A stretch of DNA of 64,000 bases from Macrostomum lignano (lineage: Eukaryota), in assembly GCA_002269645.1 (NCBI GenBank), contig NIVC01001245.1, forward strand, positions 62,001-126,000, in the 5' to 3' direction. Under the pieces are notes generated by a model that did no database searches, was not told the origin of the DNA, and worked only from the letters and a program-made list of their open reading frames with translations. Below are positions 38,189 to 49,509 of this stretch, piece after piece. Position 1 is the first letter of the stretch; each line of letters opens with the position of its first letter. The position numbers were made by a program, and so were the translations under genes.

Positions 38189-39267
38189 ATTGAGTTTGAT
38201 ACATGCAATAATTAACGTTCATTAACCGCAAAGTCTTATGCCAGCGAATTAACCGATCTTAATCTCAAAATTATTTACTATTTTTTTATACAAAATTTCG
38301 AAAGGTGTGCCCGCTTTGCGCCTCGTCAGTTTATTTACCGGGCCGTTCTGAGCAAAAAGACAGATAAATCATTGTAACTTTTTGTCTTGATTGCCAATTC
38401 CTTACGATGGGTTGTAAATAAAAGTATGATAAAAGTGATTTTTTGTTATATTAAATTTTGCAGTCGCGTTCACGGAAATCTCCATATTGAAATATGGTTA
38501 TACATATAAAAATCGTTTTCTGTACTCCCGGGCAATCTTGATTTCGGATAAATTCAATGAACACTACTAATAGTAGCCAGCCGGATATGCATAGATTTCC
38601 TTGTATTAACTGTATCAAACAACCAGCGAAATCTTTTACCTGTTTTTTTTTCTTTGCAAGATTCAACCTACTTAGTTACTTCAATTTAAAGATGATTTCT
38701 ATTAATAAAAGAGTAGAAGAGCTACAATTCAATCCTACCTCCTCTAACGTTTTTGGTCAGTCAGACAGACAGGCATACACGGTAGCTAGCTAGCTGAAGA
38801 GAAAAATCTAGCATCAAAAAAGAACAAACGAACAAGTGTGGAAAGAGATTTAAAAGGCACGCACTGAGAGCCGCTATGGCCTATGGCGGAGTCCCCACCC
38901 TGCTTGAAGCCACCGCTAGCTCCTAGTCGCCGTTTCCAGAGTTACGAAAGCACCGAGGGAGAGAGAGAGATGTTCTGCGGCCTGAGTATTTCTCTTATTT
39001 CTAACCCAAGGCTGTCTGCAGCTCAGGCCAGCTCTCCCTATACTCTTGAGTCTTTTTGTCTGCGCTTCAAACTCCGACTCACTCCAGTGCCGCAGCTAAC
39101 TGAGACACAGCGGCAGACAACAGGGCAGGTAAAAAATAAAATTCTGAGCACCTAAAGAAGACAACAGCTGCTAAACATCTGCTGTCGCCTCTACTTTTAA
39201 AGCACCCGTTGACAAGCTTTTTCTCCCTCTGTCTTCTGCATCCTTAGCTACGCTAGCATACACTGAC

Positions 39268-40008
39268 ATGCAACAACTCGAGACTGGGACCCAGACGGAA
39301 GACGTTCCTGCAAGTGTCGAGCCGGTCGAACCGCCAAAGACGCCACAACAGCGGCCCGTATCGTCAGGCAGCTGTGCGAAGCCCACTACTCCGAAGACAC
39401 CTCAACAGCAGCAAGAGCAGCAGCGTCCCATCTCCTCTAGAAGCTCTCCAAAGACGCCTCAGCAACAGACGCAACAACGTCCTGCAACAGCAGCTGCGTC
39501 GGCATCATCTCAGCGGCTGTTATCCGCTCGCCCGAAGACTGCCGTGTCCGGTGCGCAGGCACCGCAGGCTACAACGCTTTCGAAGCCGCAGCAGCAGCAG
39601 AAACGCCAGCAAAGGGCTAAGCAGCCACTTCTAGTAGATCGAACACCAATGGTGTTCAGCTTCAACCCGGATCCGCGACTCCGAAGCTGGCAACGTCTCG
39701 AGCACATGCGGCTGCACCAGATGGGCTTGAGCAGCAAACTGTCCAGACGTTACAACGTCTGCCGGGTGCTGGACTTTCAACCGGTAGGTCAGCGACTGCC
39801 GGAGCCCACGCCGCTTGGCGCTCTGCTGCCCTCCCTGGAAGGCAGCAGCTTCTTCACGGAGAACGAGCGCAAGAAGAACGACGTTGCTCCGTTCCGGACC
39901 TTCCAGAAGCCCACATGCGGCGTATTCTTCAGTCGCGACACCGAAAACAAGAAATTGAAACACGATCTGGAAGCTACAGATATTATCAAGTGGCGTTATT
40001 TCCTGTGA
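39268..40008 (+). CDS. Hypothetical protein: Q/P/T/S-rich disordered N-half plus globular-looking C-terminal domain; 5' exons unresolved
   Basis: 246-codon ORF with GC-rich codon pattern, acceptor-like TCCTTAG at 39241-39247; AT-rich sequence after the stop. Confidence 0.6.
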   Translation: MQQLETGTQTEDVPASVEPVEPPKTPQQRPVSSGSCAKPTTPKTPQQQQEQQRPISSRSSPKTPQQQTQQRPATAAASASSQRLLSARPKTAVSGAQAPQATTLSKPQQQQKRQQRAKQPLLVDRTPMVFSFNPDPRLRSWQRLEHMRLHQMGLSSKLSRRYNVCRVLDFQPVGQRLPEPTPLGALLPSLEGSSFFTENERKKNDVAPFRTFQKPTCGVFFSRDTENKKLKHDLEATDIIKWRYFL

Positions 40009-41004
40009 GGTCAGCTGATAAAATTTAATTTGCAAAGCTGTTTTGAACAGGCAACTGAGCTTGCGTACATAGATTGTTACTTTCTATTTTCCATAATGAA
40101 ATTTTATTACTAATTTGCGCCATGGTTTCTTCAGATAGTTCTTTTTAAAATACTACAAAGAGAGCATCGCTTAGACGCCTATACCAGTTCAGTGTCTAGA
40201 AGAAATCTAATTAATAAGATTTCGCTTCTGCAAACTTTTTTGCTCTATTTTTCCTATACTAAGACCGTATTACACTTTTGCCACAAATACAAATACTTAT
40301 ATACGAGTATGCGAGCGTACTTTTATGTTAATACAAAAACCATGGTTTGAACTTTGAACTTTGTACTGTTGTACTTTTTTAGTAAAAGAACATAATAGAC
40401 TCGGGGTGCGCGCGGGGGAGGAGTTTCTAGATCCTTACCATAATTGGCATACGCGAAGAGCGAAGAAAAATTCTAGAATACATAGTTTTATACGAAACAT
40501 ATAGCGGCACGACAATCCCAGTGGGACTTTTCCGTCCGCCCCGATGTCCGCCCGCGCCTCCGCCCTTTTTTGGGCGACGGCCGCCCCATGGAGCTACGTG
40601 ACCTCCGCCCCGGCGTCCGGGGCGGCGCCGCCGGGCGGAGCCTGATGAAATTTGCTCATAAGCCTACTATTAGTAGTAGAATTAGCACAAATTTCTTTCT
40701 TGCTGCATTCACTCAGCATTTTTTTCACGATTTTTCTGCTCTTTGGATTTTTCGATTTTGGGATATTAGCGATCACTGGCTTCGTAATTAAGGCTATTAG
40801 AATGATTAAAAGACTTGTTCGCTTCGTTTTGTTCCTACTGGTGCAGGCAACTCCGTAATGTATATTTAAGTCATAGGTAGTTCGTGTATTTGAATTATTT
40901 GCAAGTATTTTAAGGCATTAAAACATTTTATAAATAAGCGCAATAATTCTTTTAAAAAGAAATTACAAATGAATATTAGCAAAATCAGAAGTGAAGCGAG
41001 TCGG

Positions 41005-41235
41005 CAGGGGCGGATTTAGGGGGGGGCATTAGGGCGGCCGCCCCCTATCAAAATAGCTTGATAAAAAATATTGTTTTTTACCTGAGTTTAAAAACCTAAG
41101 TTTTTTGTGCCTAGCTTAATTTTTTACTTTTAACACACTTTTTGCGCCCCCCCTAGCTTAAAAATGGCGCCCCTCATACTCTTGTTGGCGCCCCCACACT
41201 GGGACCCCCGAAATGAAATTCCAGATCCGACACTT
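41005..41235. mobile_element. hAT-type MITE
   Basis: Starts CAGGGGCGGATT, ends AGATCCGACACTT; flanked by 8-bp near-duplication CGAGTCGG (40997-41004) / CGAGTCAG (41236-41243). Confidence 0.7.
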
Positions 41236-41501
41236 CGAGTCAGTTGTTAACTTTCCTCCACTTCAGCCAGCAACAGTAGCGGCCCGTGCAACGATCAGAA
41301 GTTTTTAATCAAATAGGGGAACAAATGAACAAATGAACGATGTGAGGTCCCCCACCCTATTTTACCGACTTGAAACCCCGGACCTATGCGTATCTATGCA
41401 TAACTAAGCAGCAACTCTTCTAAGCTCAATATCTTACAAAAGCACCTTAATTAGCCTATAGGCTTTCACATTTCTGATACTACTTTAACTATATTACGCA
41501 T

Positions 41502-44500
41502 TTAATCGTCACTGTAGTCGGAAGGACACCGAAACTCATCGTCACTCGACCCCATCAAATCATCCATTTCTCGAACAGCTCTGTTTACATTCGCACTGCG
41601 GCGCTTTGCTGCCCTCTGCTGCTGAGTAGGAGCTGGCCGCTTCTGGGCCCGCTGCGGCGTAGCAGATGTGGTGGCCTGCGAAAGCCCGCTGGCTTGTGGA
41701 GTCGAGGCTGCGCTTCTTGCGCTGGTTGAATTTGAAGGCGTCATGGCACCGATTGTGTTGCGGCGATGCGACCGCCCCGAGATTCGGTCAGCTCCGTGCC
41801 TCAGGTACTGCCGCACTTGGCTAGCGACCAGATCCTGAGACGGCCTGCCGTCCTCCGCTCTGGTGCCGTAAATTGCTGAGACGGCATCTGCAATTCCAAC
41901 AAGGGATGCAACAACAACAACAACAGAGTACGCTGCCGGGTCGTAAAAAGCAACGTCAGATGGCACGCTTCGAAGCTTGGGCGCGAACAAAGGCCGCACC
42001 GCCGGCAGAGTCCGGGGCGCCGGCGTCAGCCAGCAGACAGTCGACGTAGCGCCGTGTCCTCGCTTGTCCCCGCCGGTAGGGTGCCTGCAACGTAAGTAGC
42101 AGCACCTCCTGCACCGGCTCCGGACAGTAGGCCTCGGCGCGGATGACGTGGCCTGCCAGCTGGAGTCGCCGACGGCGCAGCAGATCGCTAGGACGGGCCA
42201 GGCCGGCGCGATGGTAGAGCGCCGTGTTGGTGACTCGCTCGTTGCCGATCTTGAAGGCGGCGCGCAGCAGGCCAGCGTGCGCCGCGTCGACTTGAGCCTC
42301 GAGCGAGTCTGTCAGCGTCCAGGTCTCGGCGTTGTATAACAGGACGGTTTCGATCACCGCCTGGAACAGCGCCGCCCTCTGGCGGTCCGGTAGGGCCTCG
42401 GACTGCAGGACTGACCTTATAGAACGAAAGGCAGCCCAGGCAAGTCCTCGGCGACGCCGCAGATCCTCGCGAACGTCGGGAACCAGACCGCCGAGGTAGA
42501 CGAACTGCTGACATCTTGGAAGCTCACTCGCCTGTCCGTCAGCGCCTCGGCAGAAGATTGCAGCCTCGGTGTCGTCCGGCACGCATAGCACGACGGTCTT
42601 CTGCGTGTTGACCACCAGGCCGACGCTCGCCGCAACGGCAACCAGCCTATCCAGCTGTCGTTGGGCGCCCTCGACGGTCGAGGACAGCAGGGCGAGGTCA
42701 TCGGCGTAGCCAAGCACGCTGAGCCGTCTCTCCGGTTGGCGTCGACCCACGCGTCGCCGCAGCAGGAAGCCGTCGTCGTTGGAAGGCAGAGCAGTCCGTA
42801 GCACCCAGTCAAGCACCAGAATAAATAGGAACGGCGCTAGCGTATCTCCCTGGAGCACCCCGGAGGATGTCTCGAAGAAATCCGATAGGCCGTCCGGTGT
42901 TGAGACAGCAGCCGTCGTGCCGTGGTACAGCGCCATGACAGCAGAAATCAGCAGCTCTGGCACGTTGTACGCACGGAGCACCTCTGGGAGCGCGTCCCTC
43001 ACGACCGAGTCGAAGGCCTTCCTGAAATCGACGAAGATCAGGATGAGGGTCAACTGGCGGATGCGCGCCTCCTCGATGACTCGCCGAAGAGCCAGGATCT
43101 GCGTCACTGTGCCGCGATGGGGCCGGAATCCGTTCTGCTCAGGCCGCAAGTACGGGTCCAGCACAGGCTGTAGCCGCGATAGCAGCATGCGGTTGAACAG
43201 CTTCGCGGCGCAGGACTGTAGGCAGATGCCTCGATGCTCCTCGAGCTTGGTGGTGCCCGGCTTCTTTGGAATGGCGACGATGTGCGCCGTGGTCCATTCG
43301 TTTGGCGCCACCTCACCGGAAAGCACGCGGTTCATCACTCTGGCGACCTCAGTGGCCACGCAGTGGATCCGCAGCGCCTCGGTGGGCACCTCGTCCGGAC
43401 CAAGCGCTTTGCCGCCCGGCGACTGCCGAGCGAACTTCACAACGTCGGCTGTGCTGACTGGGGCAACGTTGAAACTCTCCTCCGCCGGCAACGGCGTCTC
43501 CGGCGGCAGCCTCAGATTTTCTGGAAGCGGAGGGGGCGGCGCGTTGACAATGGCGGCGAAGAACTCGCGCAGCTCGTTCCTGCGCTCATCCGGAGTGTCG
43601 CCTGCCAGGTTGAGCGCAATGCGCCGCTTTCGCCCCGTCAGAGTGTTGATGACGGACCAGGCCACGCGCCCTCTGGCATCGGGCCCTGCGGCAGAGACGG
43701 CTTGGATGGCGTCATCGACAGCGGACTGCTGCCGCTGCAGGTAGACAGCCGCCAGAGCCTCCTCCGCCTCGCGAGTTTGCCGCCCACTCAGACGGAGCCT
43801 CTCCAGATCTTCCCTCGCTTCGTCGATCGCGGGGTCGTCCTGCCAGACCGGCTGCCCGCGCTGGGCCGGTCGCATCAGCGGGACTGCTTGCTCCGCAGCG
43901 GCTCGAACTGCAGCGCTCACCTCCGCGTACTCGGCTCCTCCACGCTTGTCGCCCAGCGCAGTGACAAAGGCACCGGCAAAGCGACGTCGCGTCTCGGCGT
44001 CCCTGAGCGCGCGGTAGTAGCGCCGCGGTGGCCGCTTTGGCGGACGGTAGAGCGGGTCCCGAAGCCGAAGGTCGCAGATGAGCAGTCGATGGTCGGACCG
44101 CAGAGCCAGCGGTGTAATGGTGCGGCAGTTGGTGACGCGGCGGCGCTCACGAAAGCGCACAAGCACGTGGTCGAGCTGTGCCAGCCTCCGCGTAGCGTTC
44201 CGGCCGCGCGCGTTCCGCCGCCTCCGCTTGCAGCCCACGAAGGTCGCGAGCCTGCCCGGTGACTTGCGGAATCTGGTGTTGGCCGACACCATGTCCTGTC
44301 TCTCCAGGAAGTCCTCTAGCGCTCCGGTGTTGCCGTTCTCGCGCGCTGTCACGAAAAGCGATCGCTCGGACCTACGCAGAACTGCGTTCAGGTCTCCGAG
44401 AATGACCACTGTGTCACGTTGCGCCATCTCCTCCACCCGCACCGAGAGTTGCTCGAAGAAGGCCTGAGCCTCATCGGAGCGGGTAGCAGGCGGCGCGTAC

Positions 44501-45889
44501 GCGCAGAACAAACGGGCGTTCCGGCCGCGAAGCCGGACGTCGACCCGAAGCAGCCGAGAAGACAGGGAGACGCAGCGACAGCTCTGCTGCAGCCTCGGTC
44601 CGATCAGTGCTCCAACTCCTCCACGGCCTCGCTCATCCGCTGAGGTGTACCAGAGTGTCCAACCGGCGCCCAGGTCCTCACAGTGAAGTCCGGGGTCGGC
44701 TCTGATAGACACCTCCTGTAGTGCGATGACATCACAGCTGAGGTCGAGCGCTAGCCTCGCCAGCAGCCCTCTCCGCCATGTGGCCTTGAGAGTGCGGCAG
44801 TTCAGCGTCCCGACCCGAAGCGTGCCCTCTGGTACGGCTGGGGCTCGATGCTGGTGAGCCTCATGGTCCCCGGCGCCACCCGGAAGATCCAGTTGGGCCA
44901 GCGCAGCAGCAGCTCGGCGGGCGGCGCCACGTTGCCGACCTCGCCAGTTTCGCTCGCGACGACGTTCGACTCGCCGACGCGCGCTCCGCTGCCCTCGCTT
45001 GGTCCTGCCGCATTTGGCCGCCGCAGCAGTTAAGCGCGGCTCTCCGCTCTTACCACGAGGAGGTAGCGGCATTTATCTGCACCGTGGTGCAAATAAATTA
45101 AGACTGCAAATAAATTAAGACTGCAAATAAATTAAGACTGCAAATAAATTAAGACTGCAAATAAATTAAGACTGCAAATAAATTAAGACTGCAAATAAAT
45201 TAAGACTGCAAATAAATTAAGACTGCAAATAAATTAAGACTGCAAATAAATTAAGACTGCAAATAAATTAAGACTGCAAATAAATTAAGACTGCAAATAA
45301 ATTAAGACTGCAAATAAATTAAGACTGCAAATAAATTAAGACTGCAAATAAATTAAGACTGCAAATAAATTAAGACTGCAAATAAATTAAGACTGCAAAT
45401 AAATTAAGACTGCAAATAAATTAAGACTGCAAATAAATTAAGACTGCAAATAAATTAAGACTGCAAATAAATTAAGACTGCAAATAAATTAAGACTGCAA
45501 ATAAATTAAGACTGCAAATAAATTAAGACTGCAAATAAATGCAAAATAGGTCGATAACTATACAAGAGTGTGGTATAAAATGACTATGTCCGTGTAAAAT
45601 AAGCATTATAATTATAATTGTTTTTATGGGTTACAGATTGCAAGAAGGGTTAGCTGCATTTAGCTTAATAACAGAATATCGTACCTTGGATGTAGCCCAA
45701 AAACTTGGATTGAAACGCGAGCTCCCGATCGGATAGCTCCGTGGCTGCACCAGACTGGCACACCCTGTTCCGCATGCCCTGTCCATTGAAATTGACAAGT
45801 GCTTGCAGTCGGGGCGTCAGGATGACATTGACCATGTCGGTGACTGCAGTTGCCCAATCTCCGCGCCGGCATAGACGGAGATGATTAAT
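41502..45889 (-). CDS. DUF4806-like protein (partial, 2 exons, 196 aa) whose intron contains the LINE
   Basis: Exon 45889-45685 (INHLRLCRRGDWATAVTDMVNVILTPRLQALVNFNGQG...FQSKFLGYIQ), donor G|GTACGA, joins in phase 1 to acceptor TTGCAG|AT at 41887 (DAVSAIYG...QVRQYLRHGADRISGRSHRR). Family name recalled from the motif pattern, not searched. Confidence 0.7.
41912..45538 (-). mobile_element. Full-length non-LTR retrotransposon, RTE-like, single ORF
   Basis: Intact 1038-aa ORF; short 3' UTR then (GTT)n tail at 41911-41924; 17-bp repeat array at the 5' end; candidate TSD ATGCAA at 41906-41911 and 45539-45544. Confidence 0.9.
41956..45072 (-). CDS. LINE polyprotein: AP endonuclease + reverse transcriptase
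   Basis: APE motifs GTLNCRTL, ALQE, GDLNA, LDHVL, SDHR. RT motifs EQNGFR, FVDFRKAFDSV, GVLQGDTLAPFLF, GYADDLAL, FVYLG. Arg-rich N-terminal extension. Confidence 0.97.
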   Translation of the reverse strand: MPLPPRGKSGEPRLTAAAAKCGRTKRGQRSARRRVERRRERNWRGRQRGAARRAAAALAQLDLPGGAGDHEAHQHRAPAVPEGTLRVGTLNCRTLKATWRRGLLARLALDLSCDVIALQEVSIRADPGLHCEDLGAGWTLWYTSADERGRGGVGALIGPRLQQSCRCVSLSSRLLRVDVRLRGRNARLFCAYAPPATRSDEAQAFFEQLSVRVEEMAQRDTVVILGDLNAVLRRSERSLFVTARENGNTGALEDFLERQDMVSANTRFRKSPGRLATFVGCKRRRRNARGRNATRRLAQLDHVLVRFRERRRVTNCRTITPLALRSDHRLLICDLRLRDPLYRPPKRPPRRYYRALRDAETRRRFAGAFVTALGDKRGGAEYAEVSAAVRAAAEQAVPLMRPAQRGQPVWQDDPAIDEAREDLERLRLSGRQTREAEEALAAVYLQRQQSAVDDAIQAVSAAGPDARGRVAWSVINTLTGRKRRIALNLAGDTPDERRNELREFFAAIVNAPPPPLPENLRLPPETPLPAEESFNVAPVSTADVVKFARQSPGGKALGPDEVPTEALRIHCVATEVARVMNRVLSGEVAPNEWTTAHIVAIPKKPGTTKLEEHRGICLQSCAAKLFNRMLLSRLQPVLDPYLRPEQNGFRPHRGTVTQILALRRVIEEARIRQLTLILIFVDFRKAFDSVVRDALPEVLRAYNVPELLISAVMALYHGTTAAVSTPDGLSDFFETSSGVLQGDTLAPFLFILVLDWVLRTALPSNDDGFLLRRRVGRRQPERRLSVLGYADDLALLSSTVEGAQRQLDRLVAVAASVGLVVNTQKTVVLCVPDDTEAAIFCRGADGQASELPRCQQFVYLGGLVPDVREDLRRRRGLAWAAFRSIRSVLQSEALPDRQRAALFQAVIETVLLYNAETWTLTDSLEAQVDAAHAGLLRAAFKIGNERVTNTALYHRAGLARPSDLLRRRRLQLAGHVIRAEAYCPEPVQEVLLLTLQAPYRRGQARTRRYVDCLLADAGAPDSAGGAAFVRAQASKRAI
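45089..45540. repeat. 17-bp tandem array, 26 identical units + 10-bp partial
   Basis: Unit GCAAATAAATTAAGACT; (45531-45089)/17 = 26. Confidence 0.97.
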
Positions 45890-45994
45890 CTGAGGGAAGT
45901 GAAAGTAAGTTGGGTTCCAGCTTAATTTCGATTAATATAGAAACGAAACTACTTTTACTACTTACTCCTCAGAGGCAGTAGCAAAAATATCCCA

Positions 45995-46672
45995 GGACGA
46001 CTTAAGTAAAGACAAGAAACCTCTTTCCTGGAAATTTTTTGAAGGCAGGCTTTTCCGAAAAAATACACTTACGGAGATAGGAAGTTTTCATTTTTTTCAG
46101 CACAAAAATTGTAGTTGCTTTTGATAGGAGGCAGATCCAGTGTTCATCTTTTGATATGTTGTGCCTTTCTTATTGCTCCATCGATATTCATAAAGATTTT
46201 TGTTTAGAAACTTCGGATTCTATATCAATTTTTTATTCTACGTACATTTCCTGTACCTAAAAATCATAAAAATGCATTGCGCAGCTCCAATCCTTGATTT
46301 TATTTATCTATTTTATCATTTCTGCTACGCATATTTGTTACTCAGACAGCTAAGAATAATAAAATATTTTCATAAAACCAAAGAGCTGGGCCGTGCCATT
46401 TTAATGATTTTTAGGCACAAGACACGTGCAAATGTACGTAGAATAAAAATTAACATAGAATCCTAATTTTCTAAACGACAAGCTTTATGAAAATCGATAG
46501 AGCAATAAGAAAGGCACAACATGAACACTGGATCTGCCTCCTATCAAAAGCAACTACAATTTTTGTGCTGAAAAAAATGAAAACTTTTTATCTCCGTAGT
46601 GTATTTTTTCGGGAAAACCTGCCTTGTAAATTTTCTAAGAAACGAGGTTTTCCGTAGTTACTTAAGTAGTCC
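45995..46672. mobile_element. MITE/foldback with about 250-bp terminal inverted repeats
   Basis: 45995-46250 is an imperfect reverse complement of 46430-46672 (for example GATAGGAGGCAGATCCAGTGTTCAT versus ATGAACACTGGATCTGCCTCCTATC). Confidence 0.85.
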
Positions 46673-47327
46673 TTGCAATATACATGTAGCTACGTTTGTA
46701 TGCGGTATTTTTGTTTTAGAGAGTATAATTAGCTTGTACAGCTGATTAATTCAACCGTTTTACCTATGAAATGTGTCCAGTCTTGTATTTGAATGGTCAA
46801 CAAGGCATTGCTCAATAGTAAGCTGACTGAGACTGCAACACTGGCACACTACGCTCAAGTTTATTTACGAAGCATATTTTAATTGAAGACTTTCACCAAG
46901 AAGTAATGATTTATCATGTGCAGACACAATTCATGATTTGTGATTGGCTGGTACAGTGTACTGTGTTTGTCTCGCCACGTATCAGTTTATTGAGGTTGTA
47001 CAGTGTCAAATAATTAGAAGGGCTGAGCTGAGACGGTAGGCAGAGCGTTGGTATGTACGTTAGGTAGGCTCCAACTAAAGTGCATGCTTGATTCAACCAA
47101 TTGAAACATTCAAGTTACACTGGCCAATGCACAGAGCCATGGAAAAAGGTGTACAAGTTGTGTCGAAACGAAGTTTATCCCTTTTAGATAATGACTGATG
47201 GCGATGTGATGCCAAGGCTGTGAAGTCTGTGAAACTTGAACCAATCAACTTAACTGACGGGTCTACGAGCTCTAGTGCTGGATCGGAGTTCTGACCTTGC
47301 AAACAGAACAGAGATCAAAGCGAGCAA

Positions 47328-48783
47328 ATGTACAACCCCTTACTGCAGGACACTTTACCCAATACTTCATCGCCTATCGTGGCCTTGAGCTCAGATGCTG
47401 CCGATGCAGAACCGTCGCAGTCTTCGCCTATCATCAGTGACAATAACAACCCTGAGTATCAAATCAGCTCGAACAACAGCGACCGGCGATTCCGCCAGCA
47501 GCTCGTGCAGTCTCAAGCCAGCGGCACACCGGCAGCAGTTTTCATTGGCAGCAGCTTTTCCAGTCCGCACTGTCGCTACTGCCTCGGCGGCCGGTCGCTG
47601 TCCTTGAACTGCAGCGACCAAGCGGACGATCATCGGGTCGGCGAGTCGCTCGTCGGTCCCTGCCTCTGCAAAGGCACGATGGGCCTGGTGCACCCCGGCT
47701 GTTTAACTCGCTGGCTGCAGCTCAGCCGCAAGCACAGGTGCGAACTGTGCGGCTTTGATCTGCGTCAGTGCGACCAGCAGCTGATGCCGGAGCTGGCGCA
47801 GGCGGCCGCCGATGCCGCCGCAGCTGCCGCCGCCGCCAGGAGCGAAGCCGCAGCAGAGGCTGCCACCACAGCCGCGCAGGGCGAAGCATCCGCTGATGGG
47901 TCGACTGTGGCACCGAACTGGTGTACATGGCTGCGACAACCGGACCAGGTGAAAATTGCACTTTTTTGCTTTACTTTAAATGATTTTATTCTTTTTAGGT
48001 GGCGGTTTGAGCAAAGGAAGATCTAAGGTCAGCTGGTCTCAACTCAGCAGAAAACGTACTGAGTACTTGCGTAACGTCTAGGCTATTGTAATCCGTACTA
48101 TTATAAATCACTAGTTTTAAGAAGCTGTCGCAGTATACGACCGTACAAGGAATTAGCGGCATAGCAACTAGTGAGGATTTACAAAAAGACAGTTTCAGAA
48201 GCTGTAAAAGCTTTGCCAGATGCTCAAGATGCTCAATAAGCGCGAGCGACTCGACCCGTGATATTTGAAATTTTGAAATTCAAGCTTTTCTTTCCTACTT
48301 TTCTTAGAACTGCAGTTCATCACAATTAAAAAATGGGATGACACGACGCAACAGTAAACTGCCTGACAGTGAGTTATTCAGGGTAGCTGTACGTCACAAA
48401 TTGACCCCGTGTGAAGCTACAGAATGAGATGCTCAACTTTTTCAACAATGAGTTTCAATAAGTTGAAAAGTTTTGCTTTTTTGACTGAATTTTTTCGTCA
48501 GGTCTGCTGTCTGGCTGTCACAATATGCTGCTTGGCCGTGGCGGTTCCGCTAATCGGTGTGCTCATCTTTTTTATCGCCGATCTACGCCAGGAAGAGACG
48601 AAGCAGAGCAACGGCTATCAGCTGGTGCTCTTCGAACTGCTGACGGGCTTCGTCAGCGTTGGCGTCATCATCTGGATTGTCTACGGAGCCGCCACCTGCT
48701 GGCGCCGATACCAGAGCTGGCGAATGGAGCTGACTGTTCAGCGCGAGATGACTGTCATTGTGGCACTGGAAGAGGGATCCTGA
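47328..48783 (+). CDS. MARCH-family (RING-CH/RINGv) membrane E3 ubiquitin ligase, 300 aa, 2 exons
   Basis: join(47328..47948, 48502..48783), phase 0. C4HC3 pattern CRYC...PCLCKGTMGLVHPGCLTRWLQLSRKHRCELCG, followed by two hydrophobic helices. Confidence 0.9.
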
Positions 48784-49509
48784 GGGAGAGAGTGCGTGTG
48801 TTTGTGCGTGACCGATGACTCAGCAGACTTCGATGACTTTATTAAACTCGATTGCATTGATTAGTGAAGCTTTCTGACTTGATTCTTTAGCCAAATAACA
48901 GTACATGACGTTGCTAATGTACTCTTGACGTCTGTCATACTGGTACGCTCATGGCGGATTTTAGTTTTAATCTTCTTCACTTAATCGCTAGACTAGAAAA
49001 CTATTTAGAATATTGTTTCTTTAGAAATTACTGTTGCAGAAATTCTAACAATACTACTCCAAACTGTTTTTAAAAGTAGAGAGTCTCGAAAAAAATAAGT
49101 AAAACTCTTTGCAGAAGATTTGCTTTTGACTTTTGAACTCCTCGTTATAACAAGCTCAAGGTAGTGATTTCATGTATCTTAGCTTGCTCTGTGGATTTTA
49201 AAGGCTTATATTTACATTTAAATCCGTCGCTTCTATTATAAAATCGTTTCTTAATATACCTGCAGAATTTTCGGCGTGACTCTTGTGTGCTGGCTTCTTA
49301 AACTTCTACTTCCAACGATTAGCCTAGCTCAATTTTGCGTCACATGCGTAATTTTGATTACGAACGAAATCATAGCAAAAACTTTGCGACAGACCTTCCC
49401 CTTCTCGCCAAATATATTTAGCAACGATGATATTATTTACAGACATCGATTTCTTAAGAAGTTAAAGCTAAATCAAAGAGATAATTTTTGTTGCTTTTTA
49501 TTTACTATT

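Noticed and set aside
41888-41999. ORF 41502-41999 as a LINE ORF2
   Set aside because: Its first 37 codons are LINE end, tail and intron; the rest is better explained as a host exon starting at 41887.
42148-44643. Long antisense and alternate-frame ORFs over the LINE
   Set aside because: Shadow ORFs of GC-rich coding sequence.
45089-45540. CRISPR-like array (also considered for 6410-7070, 36055-36420, 58154-59306 and 63235-64000)
   Set aside because: Units abut with no unique spacers, no cas genes, eukaryotic context.
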